Source: the human T2T-CHM13v2.0 reference genome, Homo sapiens
DNA: 64,000 bases
Assembly: GCF_009914755.1 (NCBI RefSeq)
Contig: NC_060930.1
Direction: 5' to 3' (one strand)
Positions 40,381 through 57,024 of the stretch are shown piece by piece. A program made the translations under genes and the position numbers. The notes under the pieces are model-generated. The model worked only from the letters and a program-made list of their open reading frames with translations, was not told the DNA's origin and did not search any database. Numbering within the stretch: the stretch's first letter is position 1; every line of letters begins with the position of its first letter.

Positions 40381-43270
40381 TTTATCATTTTTATTGTGTC
40401 TATTTGATTCTTCTCTTTTATTTCTTTATTAGTCTGGCTAGCGGTCTATTTTGTTAAACTTTTCAAAAAACCAGCTCCTGTATTCATTGATTTTTTGAAG
40501 GGTTTATCGTGTCTCTATCTCCTTCAGTCCTACTCTGATCTTAGTTACTTCTTGTCTTCTGCTAGCTTTTGAATTTGTTTGCTCTTGCTTCGGTAGTTCT
40601 TTTAACTGTGATGTTAGGATGTGGATTTTAGATCTTTCCCACTTTCTCCTGTGGGCATTTAGTGCTATAAATCTCCCTCTAAATACTGCATTAGCTGTGT
40701 CCCAGAGATTCTGGTACATTGTGTCTTTGTTCTCATTGGTTTCAAAGAATGTATTTATTTCTGCCTTAAATAATACTTGTTTATTTACCCAGTAGTCATT
40801 CAGGAGCAGGTTGTTCAGTTTCCACGTAGTTGTGTGGTTTTGAGTGAGTTTCTTAATCCTGAAGTCTAATTTGATTGCACTGTCATCTGAGAGACTATTT
40901 GTTATGATTTCCATTCTTTTGCATTTGCTGAGGAGTTTTTTACTTCCACTTATGTGGTCAATTTTAGAATAAGTGTGATGTGGTCCTGGGAAGAATGTTC
41001 TGTTGATTTGGGGTGGAGAGTTCTGTAGATGTCTATTAGGTCCACTTGGTCCAGTGCTGAGTTCAAGTCCTGAATATCCTTGTTAATTTTCTGTCTTATC
41101 GATCTGTCTAATATTGACAGTGGGGATCCTATCACTGATCCCACAGAAATACAAATTACCATCAGAGAATACTAGAAACAACTCTATGCAAATAAACTAG
41201 AAAATCTAGAAGAAATGGATAAATTCTTGGACACATACACCCTCCCAAGTCTAAACCAGGAAGAAGTCAAATCCCTGAATAGGCCAATAACAGGCTCTGA
41301 AATTGAGGCAGTAATTAATAGCCTACCAACCAAAAAAAGCCCAGGACCAGATGGATTCACAGCTGAATTTTACCAGATGTACAAAGAGGAGCTGGTAACA
41401 TTCCTTCTGAAACTATTCCAAACAATAGAAAAAGAGGGACTCCTCCCTAACTCATTTTATGAGGTCAGCATCATCTTGATATCAAAACCTGGCAGAGACA
41501 CAACAAAAAAAGAAAATTTCAGGTCAATATCCCTGATGAACACCAATGCGAAAATCTCCAATAAAATACTGGCAAACTGAATCCAGCAGCACATCAAAAA
41601 GCTTATCCACCACAATCAAGTCAGCAGTATCCCTGGGATGCAACGCTCATTCAATATATGCAAATCGATAAATGTAATCCATCATATAAACAGAACCAGT
41701 GACAAAAACCACATGATTATCTCAGTAGATGCAGAAATGATCTTCGATAAAATTCAGCACCCCTTCATGGTAAAAACTCTCAATAAACTAGGTATTCACG
41801 GAACATATCTACAATCCTAAGAAAAAAGAACAAAGCTGGAGGCATCACACTACCTGACTTCAAACTCTACCTCAAGGCTACAGTAACCAAAACAGCATGG
41901 AACTGGTACCAAAACAGATATATAGAGCAATGGAACAGAACAGAAGCCTCAGAAATAACACCACACATCTACAACCATCTGATCTTTGACAAACCTGACA
42001 AAAGAAAGCAATGGGGAAAGGATTCTCTATTTAATAAATGGTGTTGGGAAAACTGGTTAGCCATATGCAGAAAACTGAAACTGGACTCCTTCCTTACACC
42101 TTATATAAAAATTAACTCAAGATGGATTAAAGACTTAAACATAAGACCTAAAACCATAAAAACCCTAGAAGAAAACCTAGGCAATACCATTCAGGACATA
42201 GGCATGGGCAAATACTCCATGACTAAAACACCAAAAGCAATGGCAATAAAAGCCAAAATAGACAAATGGGATCTAATTAAACTAAAGAGCTTCTGCACAG
42301 CAAAAGAAACTATCATCAGAGTGAACAGGCAACCTACAGAATGGGAGAAAATGTTTGCAATCTATCCATCTGACAAAGGGCTAATATCTAGGATCTACAA
42401 GGAACTTAAACAAATTTACAAGAAAAAAAAACCCCATCGAAAAGTGGGCAAAGGATATGAACAGACACTTCTCAAAAGAAAACATTTATGTGGCAAACAA
42501 ACATATGAAAAAAAGGTCATCAGCACTGGTCATTAGAGAGATGCAAATCAAAACCACAATGAGATACCATCTCATGCCAGTTAGAATGGCTATCATTAAA
42601 AAGTCAGGAAACAACAGATGTTGGAAAGGATGTGGAGAAATAGGAATGCTTTTACACTGTTGGTGGGAGTGTAAATTAGTTCAACCATTGTGGAAGACAG
42701 TGTGTCGATTCCTCAAGGGTCTAGAACCAGAAATACCATTAGACCCAGCAATCCCATTACTGGGTATATACCTAAAGGATTATAAGTCATTCTACTATAA
42801 AGACACATGCACACATATGTTTATTGCAGCACTGTTCTCAATAGCAAAGACTTGGAACTGACCCAAATGCCCATCAGTGATAGACTGGATAAAGAAAATG
42901 TGGCATATATACACCATGGAATACTATGCAGCCATAAAAAGGGGGAGTTTATATCCTTTGCAGGGAAATGGATGAAGCTGGAAACCATCATTCTCGGTGA
43001 ACTAACACAGGAACAGAAAACCAAACACCACATGCTCTCACTCGTGAGTTGAACAATGAGAACACATGGACAGGGAAGGGAAAACATCACACACCGGGAC
43101 CTGTTGGGGGTGTGGGGCTAGGAGAAGATAGCATTAGGAGAAATACCTAATGTAGATGACGAGTTGATGGGTGCAGCAAACCACCATGACACGTGCATAC
43201 CTATGTAATAAACCTCCACGTTCCTCACATGTATCCCAGAACTTACAGTAAAAAAATAAATAAATAAAAA
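40381..43270 (+). mobile_element. L1PA6-8-type with 5' inversion (inverted piece minus 40381-41125; forward piece 41122-43270) and about 0.7-kb internal deletion near 41810; inserted in an L2 tail
   Basis: ORF2 remnants on both strands; 3'UTR and A-tail; TSD AGAATGTAAG(AG)ACTT at 40367-40382 and 43271-43284. Confidence 0.94.
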
Positions 43271-45318
43271 AGAATGTAAGACTTGAGGTCAGAAATGAGG
43301 TTTCATTTTAATCTTTTTCTCACTGAAACTGGTCCATAGCAAATGCTAAATCCTTATTTGATTAGAAAATGAATAGAATCACAATACTTCTTGGCATCCA
43401 CTATATTAATAACAGAAGAAGTGAATAAACACTTAAACATAGTATTTGCTGTTATTTTAAGTATAAGTGGCTCAGAAATAAAAAATAAAATTGGTTGACT
43501 TACTCCAATAGAGCATAATGACAAATGACAACAATCATGCTAGAATTCAACATCGACAACAAATAATTAAACATTGAATGAACCTGACAGAAGACCTTTA
43601 AAATGTTGCCAAACTCTATTTGGATAAACTGAATGTTTACAACAAGCCTAATGATTTCCTCAGTCTTAATTATAATTGTGGTTTAGTAAAAGACTCACAT
43701 CCACTAAAAGTAATGAAGAATGTGTCAAATGTTTGAAGAGAAACGATTAACTACTGCCCAAATGGTTATTGTTTTGCAAATAATCAGAAACTGGGGAAAA
43801 TGATGGTAATTGCAAGAGAAAGCCTATTGTCTCTGAAACAACACAGTGATTCTCTTAATCAGCAGCTCAGTGTGATGATCCTTAAGATTTATAACCTCCT
43901 GCTTCTTTCCATTACATTTTTATGCAATTTTTTATTGTTTTTAAAAATATTTTTAAATTTCAAAATGACAAAATTGAAAAAAGCAACTGTTATTTAAATA
44001 TGTATGTCATTTTGCTTAAATGTATATACAACAATTAGAAGCAAAATTTGTTTCGAAGGAAGTTTGAGTTTTTGCATTTGAGTTTATTTATATTAAAATT
44101 AGTAGAAAATAGTATTAACCTTTAAAATTAGAAAATTATATAAACTGATAGACCTTCTGAATAGTGATTCTGGATTATTTGATTGTCTTCAACATATAAT
44201 GCAAGCCTTGTAATATTTATATATATCTACACATAATTTAGCATTATTGAGTTCATAACACTTTGTCTCACATTAATTAGCATTTTCTGTAACTATTTCC
44301 ATCTTTTAACATAGGGTACACATTACATAAATATGATATTACCGTTGGGCATTTGGTACATTTCTCACTATTTTATAGTAGCAGTGAGATCATAAAAGCT
44401 TTGCCTAAATTACTTTAAGATTATTTCTTGAAGTATAATCTTCTGGAAGAATATTCCTAAAGGGAAAATGAGGTTTTAAAGTGTATAGATAAGTTTGTTG
44501 GTTCCATCTTTTATTGTTCAATTTAATTCTAGAAAAAAAAAGTATAGCAAATTTAAAGTGCCATTAAGAGACATATAAATTGCATGTACCCAGAAAGCCA
44601 ATATGTTGTATTTACATTTTGTTTTGTTTTCTAGCTTAATAAAAATACCATTGTTTCTTAAAATTCTTTAATTTGTATTTTGTTAATTGCTATTGAGACT
44701 GTACTTTCCTCTATGAAATGCCATGTTGCCCATTATTCTTTATGTGATAAGGGACATAAATTGTGGATACTATTTGCCGACTTGGATTGTTACGTAGATT
44801 TGCTTCTAATTATATTCCTAAAGCTTATATTTTCTGGGTATTTATTGATTTGATCATTTAACAAGTCTGTAGAAGATTTTTGTTTTAGGAAAGTGGTATG
44901 ATCCCAAGGATTTAACTTATCTATAAAATCCCCACTGCAAAAGAAATGTAAAAATAAGCTTTTTTGTATGTAGCAGTGCTTAATAAAGGGAAGAGAACTT
45001 TTAACAAGCAATTTTAAAAATCTTTGAGCTATTTCTGTAAAATGTGAAGTACATGGGATCCAGAAACTAGGAACATCCCATCTCAATGCCAGGAAACAAA
45101 TAATCTACATTCCCAGCAGCTTCTCAAAACACAAAGCATAAGGCCAGGAAATGTGGATTCATCAAAACTTGGGAGGCAGGGTATAAAACTGCTTAAAAAT
45201 TGTGCCAATTATACCATAAGAATCAAGTGAACTATAGTCACCACTGTATCATTATTTCTATTATCACAGATGAAGTGCAGTAAGGTAATAATAATGTTAA
45301 TAAAGTATAGTATATATC

Positions 45319-45745
45319 TGCTACGGTTTCATATTGGTTCATCTCTGCCAAAACTCACGTTAAATTTAATTGCCCATATAATGATGAGATGTGGTGGGAA
45401 CTTTAAGAGGCCTTTGGTTCATGAGGGATCTGCCCTTATGAAAGGATTAAAGCAATCTTTCAGGAGTGAGTGAGTTCTCTTGAGAAATGAAATTAATTAC
45501 CATGAGAATGGATTGTTACAAAGCAATGCCACCCCTCCTCATGTTTTGTCTTTTTCATGAGTGCTTTCTTGCCCCTTCTGTTTTTCTACCATGCTATGAA
45601 GGATCTGTCAACAGAATTTGCCAGATGAAGCTACTCAATCTTGAACTTCTTAGCCTATAGATTCATGACCTAAACTAATCTCTTTCCTTAATGAATTACA
45701 CAGCCTCAGGTATCCTGTTACAGCAACACCAAATGGATTAGGACA
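45319..45745 (+). mobile_element. MSTC/MSTD-like MaLR solo LTR
   Basis: TGCTACGGTTT...CAGCCTCAGGTATCCTGTTACAGCAACACCAAATGGATTAGGACA; 5-bp TSD ATATC/GTATC. Confidence 0.85.
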
Positions 45746-45869
45746 GTATCCATGCCATTTTCTTAAACAATTTTCATTTTTTTAAATGTTTGTCTTAAGT
45801 ATTCTGTGAAGTGTATATCTCCTATAGTTAAGTATTCTCTTGTAGCAAAAACAGAACAGAAAAAAAATT

Positions 45870-46190
45870 TTAAACTTTGGAAAACAGTTGAATGTTTCTA
45901 CATTTCTCTGTGAGTGATTGAAAAAACATGAAGGCAGAAAGTTATAAAAGTTATATAATACTTGAACAACACAATCAAACAAATTGGCCCAATTGATTTG
46001 TAGTGCTACAAACAGCAGCATACATATTTCTTTCTAGTACGTGTGGAACAATCACAAAGACCATATGCTCTGTCATTAAACATATCCCAGTAAACATAGA
46101 AGTTTTGATACCAAATAATTTTTTAATTCAATAGAAATTAAATCAGGCAGACATCTGGAAAATATCAAAATGTTTGAAAATTAAAAAAAA
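45870..46190 (+). mobile_element. Old L1M ORF2 fragment
   Basis: TTGAACAACACAATCAAACAA ... TGGAACAATCACAAAGACCATATGCT (EN region). Confidence 0.6.
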
Positions 46191-46194
46191 CACC

Positions 46195-46401
46195 TTTTTT
46201 CCCAACTTTTCTATTAGATTCATGGGTACATGGATAAGTTTGTTACAAGGCTGTATTTCATGATGCTGAGGTTTGGGGTACTTTGGAACCCATTACCCAG
46301 GTGGTGAGCACAGTATCCATTTTATAGTATTCAACTCTTGCCCCCTTCTGTACTCCTCCTCTTACAGTCCTCAATGTCTATTATTTCCATCTTTATGTCT
46401 A
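46195..46401 (-). mobile_element. L1PA15/16-type 3' end
   Basis: GGGTACATG..TTTGTTACA..TGATGCTGAGGTTTGGGGTA..CCCATTACCCAGGT. Confidence 0.8.
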
Positions 46402-46402
46402 T

Positions 46403-46531
46403 AAAAACTTTTTGGCAAGGAATATTAGCAAAAACTTTTTGCTAATGGCAAAGTTTTGCCTTGGCAAAAACTTTTTGCTAATGGCAAAGTTTTGCCTTGG
46501 CAAAAACTTTTTGTCAAGGGATACTAGAAAA
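46403..46531. repeat. Palindrome-rich short tandem repeat (A-B-B-A' with a 36-bp B unit)
   Basis: AAAAACTTTTTG recurs at 46403, 46430, 46466 and 46502; the two B units are identical. Confidence 0.9.
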
Positions 46532-46786
46532 TATTAGAAAAGTTTCATATTTGAGTCTGGTTCTGTTGATTGATTTGTCTGTTGACATTTTATTGTTGTT
46601 TTTTCCTTCCTTTTTTTCCATGTTTTGTAATTTTGTTGTTCTTGTGCTTCTTATCATTATTATTATTCTTGTCCAAAGCAAGACATCTTGTTTAGACTAA
46701 GGTCCATAGCACCCTTCTTATGCCTGGAAATGATGAGAACTCTTCTTTTGCTAGCTCTTCAGCATGCAGGGGATTGAGTCAATATA

Positions 46787-47232
46787 CAGATTATCCTTGA
46801 ATAACACAAGGATTGGCAGCACTGACCCTCTACAAAGTGAAAAATTCACATATAACTTTTGATTCCCTAAAATTTTAACTACCTAGCTAGTCTACTGTTA
46901 ATCAGAAGCCTTACCAATCACATAAACAGTAGATTAACACATTTTTTGTATGTTAACTTTGTTATATACTATATTCTTAATAAAGTAAGCTAGAGTAGGA
47001 AAATGTTATTAAGAAAATCATATGGAAGAGAACATAGGTTTATTATTTCCTATTAATTAAGTGGAAGTGGATCATCAAAAAGGTCTTCATCCTTGTTGTC
47101 TTCACATTGAGTAGGCTGATGAGGAAGAGGAAAAAGAATTTGCCTCACTGTGTCAGGGTACGAAAAGCAGAAGAAAGTTCATGTATAAGTGGACTCACAC
47201 AGTTCAAACCCCTTTTGTTCAAGAGTCAACTG
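46787..47232 (-). mobile_element. Tigger2a (MER28) TcMar DNA transposon
   Basis: TIRs CAGATTATCCTTGAATAACA and TTTTGTTCAAGAGTCAACTG, each flanked by TA; 446 bp. Confidence 0.85.
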
Positions 47233-48699
47233 TAGTTATGATTAGATCAAGGTTTGGCATTGTGGTTGTTATGGTAGCACCTTAGAAGACCACAGGCTTC
47301 AAAATCCATACATGTTACTTTGTCTTTAGGATGGGGACAGTAATGTGGTGAAGGGAAACAGACAGTCTCAGTTTTGTACAATATCTGGCATCTGTCCAAG
47401 ATAAGCAATCAATTATATCCCATATCACCGTGGAGCCTCCTCTGTTTTCTTCTATTTTAGGTTATTGGATACCCTAAAAGCTCAGCTTTGTGATGGGTTC
47501 AAGAAAAGTTGTAATTTTGTAGGTCATTTAGCTATTTTCATGATTTTGTAACTTTGGGGAAAATGCCCTTTCCAGCTTCCTACATTTTTAACAGAACATT
47601 CACTGTTGTTTTAATTTGCATTTGTTCAGATGATATTTTTTTCAAGTTCTTTATCTGCCTTATGCAAATCTTCTTTTGTGACATGTCTATTAACATATGT
47701 TGTCTTTTTATTGATGTTTTATTGCATGTTCTGTGTATATTTCCCTTGTAAGATACATACTTTGCAAATGTTTCTCCCAGTCTGTGGCTTGCCATTTTGT
47801 TACTGAATTATTGTCTTATATCATGGGCTTCTTTGGTGTTCATTTAATAACCTGTAGCTGTAAATTTCTGTGTTTCATTACATTTGGGAAATTTCTTGGC
47901 AATTATTTATTTCATTACTTTTCTACACTACTTTCTAAATTATCCATATAATTCTCCATTTTACAACATCCAACACATTCTTGAATTTAAGCACATTTTA
48001 TGTGGGTTTAATGTGAAGGTTTAAAGTGAATTTTATGGCAATTTGTGCATCCCTTGGATATCTGGGCTTTGTTTTCTCTCCTAAGATTTTTACTTAATAA
48101 TCAAACCCAGGCTATACTTGACTCAGGAAAGGATGTATTTCATACATATGGACTTTGGTGCTTTCCTCAAATTTAGTGAGGATCACTGAACTGTAGTAAC
48201 CTTCATCAGCCTATTCCATCTCTTCTCAGAGTCTCTAAAGGTTTTTAGTTTTTCTGTTCTCAACATGATTTTCTTGACTTCTGTCTCTTCTGCTAGACAT
48301 TCACATTAGAGGAAATGCTCACAATTCTGTTGATATAGCTCATTTCACTGAAGAATTTTGGAATAGAGAAAGGAGCAGGAATTCAAGTCCTGATGCTGAT
48401 CTCAATTAGCCTTCCTGTTTTTAAAGGTTTCTTATAAAATTAGTCATTTTTTGGGGGGGAGGTGCTGCTGCTGAAAATGTTTTCAACCACTTTTTCTTAT
48501 ATTTCATTAGGGGAGGAAGTCCCAGAGATTCAGGCTTACTCTGTCCAATTTTGCATAAAATCTACACTACTGATATTATTTTAAATGCCTTAGTGCATTT
48601 AGATATTTCCAATAAGCTTCTATCACTTTTGTAATTCAAAAACTGGATATGAAAAATTGTTTGTACACTTATAAGTATTGCATGTATAAGAAAAAGTAG

Positions 48700-49430
48700 C
48701 CCAGTTAACAATGAACTTTAAAAAATCATTCATAATTGCAAATGTGCAATTATATATGGAAAAATGTTAACCATAATTGTCATAAATTAAACACACAATC
48801 AAATTGTATATTAAACTTTACCTCTTAGATTACTTTAGATTACTAAAACAAAAAGTAATATCTGGCTTTGTCAAGGAAATAAAATGGAAATCAGCATATG
48901 CTTTTAGATAGGGTAAATTATTACATTCTTCTCTTATGGAAATTGTCTACAACTCTGAAAAATATATCTATTTACAAATGTATCTTAAAGTTAATTATGA
49001 TAATAAAGATATGTACAAATATAGTAAGGCTATGCATATGAGCATGCACATGTACAAAAATCCTGTGTGCTGCAGTGTCATTTATAACAACATAAAAGCA
49101 AGAAACCACATAATGTAGAAATGTAAGTTGATAAATAATTATAAAAATATATTGAAATAGAATAATACAAAGACATTCAAATCATATTTGAGAAATACCA
49201 TATTTACATGAAAATGATTTTATATATATAAAGAAACAAGCTACATAGTATGAGGTTTTTAATTAAAAGACCCATATATATTAAAAAAACAAACTTCTAG
49301 TGAATCAAACCTTAGCAATGTAAAGAGTAAAGAATATTAATAAAAGAAGATAATAGAAAACATATTTTGTATGCATTTATGTTTTGTGGGTATGTGTGCT
49401 TGTGTACTTTTCTAATTTTCAAGAACTCTT
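48700..49430 (+). mobile_element. Very old L1ME-type 3' region
   Basis: Degenerate AT-rich L1 ORF2 end and 3'UTR pattern. Confidence 0.4.
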
Positions 49431-50028
49431 TATTAAATATGTATTACTTTAAAAGTAGAAAAATTTAATTATTTAAAAATATATTCTAAATTCAGAAAAA
49501 AAGAAGAGATTTACTATGTGTGGAATGTGGGGGAAAAGGCATAACCAGATAAAAAAATAGAGTTCAATTTTCTGAGAAAATATGGAGACATGATAGAAGC
49601 ATTAGTCTTATGAATAATTGAAAAAACAGACAAGAAAATAGAAAGTTTTGAATAGAAGAAAATAGTCAATAGTGAAAAAGTACACAGAAAAGTTTAGAAA
49701 AAAGAACACTTAAATGCTCCTATTGTTTCTTAAATTGTGTTCTTAAAATGATGAAAGCAGTTTTAATACAATGGTGACATTGTCAAAGCTTTCATTTTTG
49801 TCAGAAGAGGTATTTCCTCCTTCCATTAAAGACCCACATTAATACCACATTAAATACCCACATTAGATACCCACATTCATTTGACTTAGAGCACCTCCTA
49901 TGGGAAACATATGGTTCCCTGTCCTACTGATGTAGAGCTTCACCATACAATTTACTTTGGACACTGAAAGGTTGGCAGAGATAAAGCAGGTGCTTTAAAA
50001 GCCATTTTATATTCCCACCAAGCCTTTT

Positions 50029-51710
<1,682 letters not shown>

Positions 51711-51944
51711 CATGAAGATACTCCTTCAGATCTGATCCTGAAAAGAAAAATAACAATAATAATTTCAAAAAGGGAGTAGGAGCCAATTGCTAACTCTCCA
51801 ACTTAAGAAACGGAAATAGAAGAACAAGTTAGATCTGGAAAAAATAGAAGCATACAATTAATGATAAAAAGAAAAGTTAATAAAAAAAAGCATAGGAAAC
51901 AAAGAAAATCAGTGGAATAAAAATATCTTACTTTGGAAGAATCA

Positions 51945-52249
<305 letters not shown>

Positions 52250-52379
52250 AAGAATCAATAGAAGTTATAAACCTCCAGCCAATCAACCAATGAACAATGA
52301 ATAAGTAAGTAATAAAAGAAACAAATGAACAATAACAGGAATGGAAGAAGAGAACACATTAGAGAGCCTACAAAGATTT

Positions 52380-52710
52380 TTTGAATTTTATATTTCTCCT
52401 TGGGTCAGTGTTATAATCTGTGTCATTCAAAGAATTTGTCCATATTATCTAAGTTGTAATATTTATTAGCATTGTTTTACTATTGTATTATTCTTTTAAC
52501 ATGAGTAGAATTTGTAGGTATATTTCTATCCTTGTTCTCAATATATACTTTAATAATTCTTTTATTCTTGGTAAATCCAGCTTCAGATTTATCAATCTAA
52601 GTAATATTTTTCAAGAACCAGCCAACTTCCAGATCCACTGATTTTTCTCATTCTCTAAATCCTAGTTCACGAGTATATACTCTTAACTTTATTATTTCCT
52701 TCCTCTGCTC
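52380..52710 (-). mobile_element. Old L1M ORF2 fragment
   Basis: Reverse complement reads GCTGGTTCTTGAAAA ... ATGGACAAATTC ... CTGACCCAAGGAGAAAT. Confidence 0.6.
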
Positions 52711-55520
52711 TGAGAAAGGCAGTCTCTAAAATTGTTCTCAATTTTCTCTGCACCCTGATATCCATACCCTTGGTAATCCTATTGTATTAATCTGTGTTCA
52801 TGCTGCTAATAAAGATATACTCAAGACTGGGTAATTTTTTTTAAAAAGGGGGTTTAATGAACTCACAGTAGCACGTGGCTGGGGAGGCCTTACAATCATG
52901 GTGGAAGGTGAAAGCCACCTCTTACAGCAGCAGACAAGAGAGAATGAGAGCCAAGCAAAAGGGGTTTCCCCTTGTCAAACCATCAGCCCTTGTAAGACTT
53001 ATTCACTACCATGAGAACAGTACAGGGGAAATCACTTTCACGATTCATTTATCTCCTACTGGGTCCCTCCCACAACACATGGGAATTATGGGATCTACAA
53101 TTCAAGATGAGATTTGGGTGGGGACAGAGCCAAACCATATCATTCTGCCTCTGGCCCCTCCCAAATCTTATGTCTTCACATGTCAAAACCAAACATGCCT
53201 TTCCAACAGTTCCCCAAAGTCTTAACTCATTTCAGCATTAACTCAAAAGTCCACAGTCCAAAGTCTCATCTGAGACAAGCCAAGAGCCTTCCACCTATGA
53301 CCCTGTAAAATCAAAAGCAAGTTATTTACTTCCCAGATACAATGAGGGTAAGGGCATGAGGTAAATACAGCCATTTCAAATGCGAGTAATTGGCCAAAGT
53401 GAAGGGGCTAAAGCCCCATGCAAGTCCGAAATCCAGCAGGGCAGTCAAATCTTAAAGCTCCAAAATGATCTCCTTTGACTCCATTTCTCACATCCAGGTC
53501 ACTCTGATGCAAGAAATGGGTTCCCATGGTCTTAGGAAGGTCTGCCCCTGTAGCTTTGCAGGGCACAGCCTCCCCACTGGCTGGTTTCAAAGGCTGGTGT
53601 TGAGTGTCTGTGGCTTTTCCAGGTGCACGCTTCAAGCTGTCAGGGGATCTACCATTATGGATTCTGGAGAATGGTGTCCCTCTTCTCACAGCTCCACTAG
53701 GCAGTGCCCCAGCAGGGACTTTGTGTGGGGCCTTCAACCCCACATTTCCCTTACACACTGCCCTAGCAGAGGTTCTCTATGAGGGCCCACCACTGCAGAA
53801 AACTTCTGCCTGGACATCCAGACATTTCCATACATCCTCTAAAATCTAGGCAGTGGTTTTCACATCTCAGTTCTTCTCGGCACCCACAGGCTCAACAGCA
53901 TGTGGAAGCTGCCAAAGCTTCAGGCTTGCACCCTCTGAAGCGATAGTCTGAGCTGTACCTTGGCCCCTTGTAACCATGACTAGAGTGGTTGGGACGCCAG
54001 TCACCTAGTCCCTAGGCTGCACACAGAAGGAGGGCCCTAGACCCAGCCCAGGAAACCATTTTTCCCTCCTAAGCCTCTGGGCTTGTGATGGGAAGGGCTG
54101 TTGCAAACGTCTCTGACAGGCTTTGGAGGACATTTTTCCTATTGTCTTGGTAATTAACATTTGGCTTCTTGTTACTTATGCAAATTTCTGCACCCAGCTT
54201 GAATTTCTCCTCAGAAAACGGGTTTTTCTTTTCTATCACATTGTTAGGCTGCAAATTTTCCAAACTGTTATGCTCTGTTTCCCTTTTATGCTCTCTCCCT
54301 CAAGTTCAAAATTCCACATACATCTAGGGCAGGTGCAAAATGCTGCCAGTCTCTTTGCTAAAGCATAGCAAGAGTCACCTTTACTTCAGTTCCCAACAAA
54401 TTTCTCATCTCCATCTGAGGCCACCTCAGCCTAGATTTCATTGTCCATATCATTATCAACATTTTGGTCAAAGCCATTCACCAAGTCTCTAGGAAGTTCC
54501 ATATTTTCCCACATTTTCCTGTCTTCTTCTGAGCCCTCCAAACTGTTCCAACTTCTGCCTGTTACCCAGTTCCAAAATTGCTTATACATTTTTGGGCATC
54601 TTTACAGTGTCACCCTACTCTGCCAGTACAAATTTACTGTATTAGTCCATTTTCATGCTGCTGATAAAGACATACCCAAGATTGGATATTTTATGAAGAA
54701 AAACAGGTTTAATGGTCTCACAGTTCTATGTGGCTGAGGAGTCCTCAGAATTACAGTGGAAGGCCAAAGGCACATCTTACGTGGTGGTAGACAAGAGAGA
54801 ATGAGAGTCAAGCAAAAGGGGAAACCCCTTATCAAACCATCAGATCTCATGAGACTTACTCACTACCATAGAACAGTGCATGGGAAACCACCCCCATGAT
54901 TCAATTTTCTCCCACCGGGTCCCTACCTGCCACGTGGGAATTATGGGAGCTACAATTCAAGATGAGATTTGGGCACAGCCAAATCATATCACCTATTATC
55001 TTGATTTTGTACTGTAGCCATTGATATACTTCTAATGGAACAGGACAAAAGTAATGGCATATCACTTTAGAAGAAATAAGATCAGTAAGAGCCTCTAGCA
55101 TTTGTCCTGCTAAAATATGTGGATGCTTTCTTGCTCTCTCCCTCACCTTCTCCCACTTCTCTCCTCCCTCTTCTCTCCCTCCCATATCTCTAACTGTCTC
55201 AACCAGTGAGAAATAAAAGCTTTCAGTCCAACAAAAGACGAGGAACCAAATCCTGACAACAGCCACACGAGTGAGCTTCCCATGTTGAGGCTTCAGGTGA
55301 GACCCAGACCCTTCTAACACTCTCATTGAGACATTGTTCAAGGCCGTGAGTCAGAGGTATCCATCTAAATAACATCCAGAATCCTGACTCATAGAAATTT
55401 AGAAAGTAAATTTGTGGTATTTTAAGCCACTATATTTTGAGGCATTTTTAAAGGAGCAGTAAGTAACTAATACAAATTTTGATGCCTAGATGAATACCTA
55501 AAGATACCTAAAACATGTGT
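52711..55520 (+). mobile_element. MLT1F/G-like LTR plus start of internal region, split by THE1
   Basis: AATCCTGACAACAGCCAC..GAGTGAGCTT; TTTTAAGCCACT; AACTAATACA end at about 55474. Confidence 0.7.
52783..54991 (-). mobile_element. THE1 (B/C-like) MaLR provirus: 3'LTR 52783-53142, internal 53143-54637, 5'LTR 54638-54991
   Basis: Two about 355-bp LTRs with TG...CA ends; THE1-int sequence; perfect 5-bp TSD CCTAT at 52778-52782 and 54992-54996. Confidence 0.96.
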
Positions 55521-55529
55521 GATGGAATT

Positions 55530-56974
<1,445 letters not shown>

Positions 56975-57024
56975 CTTCCTCCTTTTCTTTCTGCTGCCCT
57001 ATACAAGTCTAGTTAATAAGAATA

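Noticed and set aside
46403-46531. CRISPR-like array (36-bp palindromic unit)
   Set aside because: No unique spacers, only two units, no cas genes, primate context
52875-55341. Cluster of 65-146 aa ORFs
   Set aside because: THE1 LTR/internal and MLT1 sequence; a decayed MaLR with no intact gene
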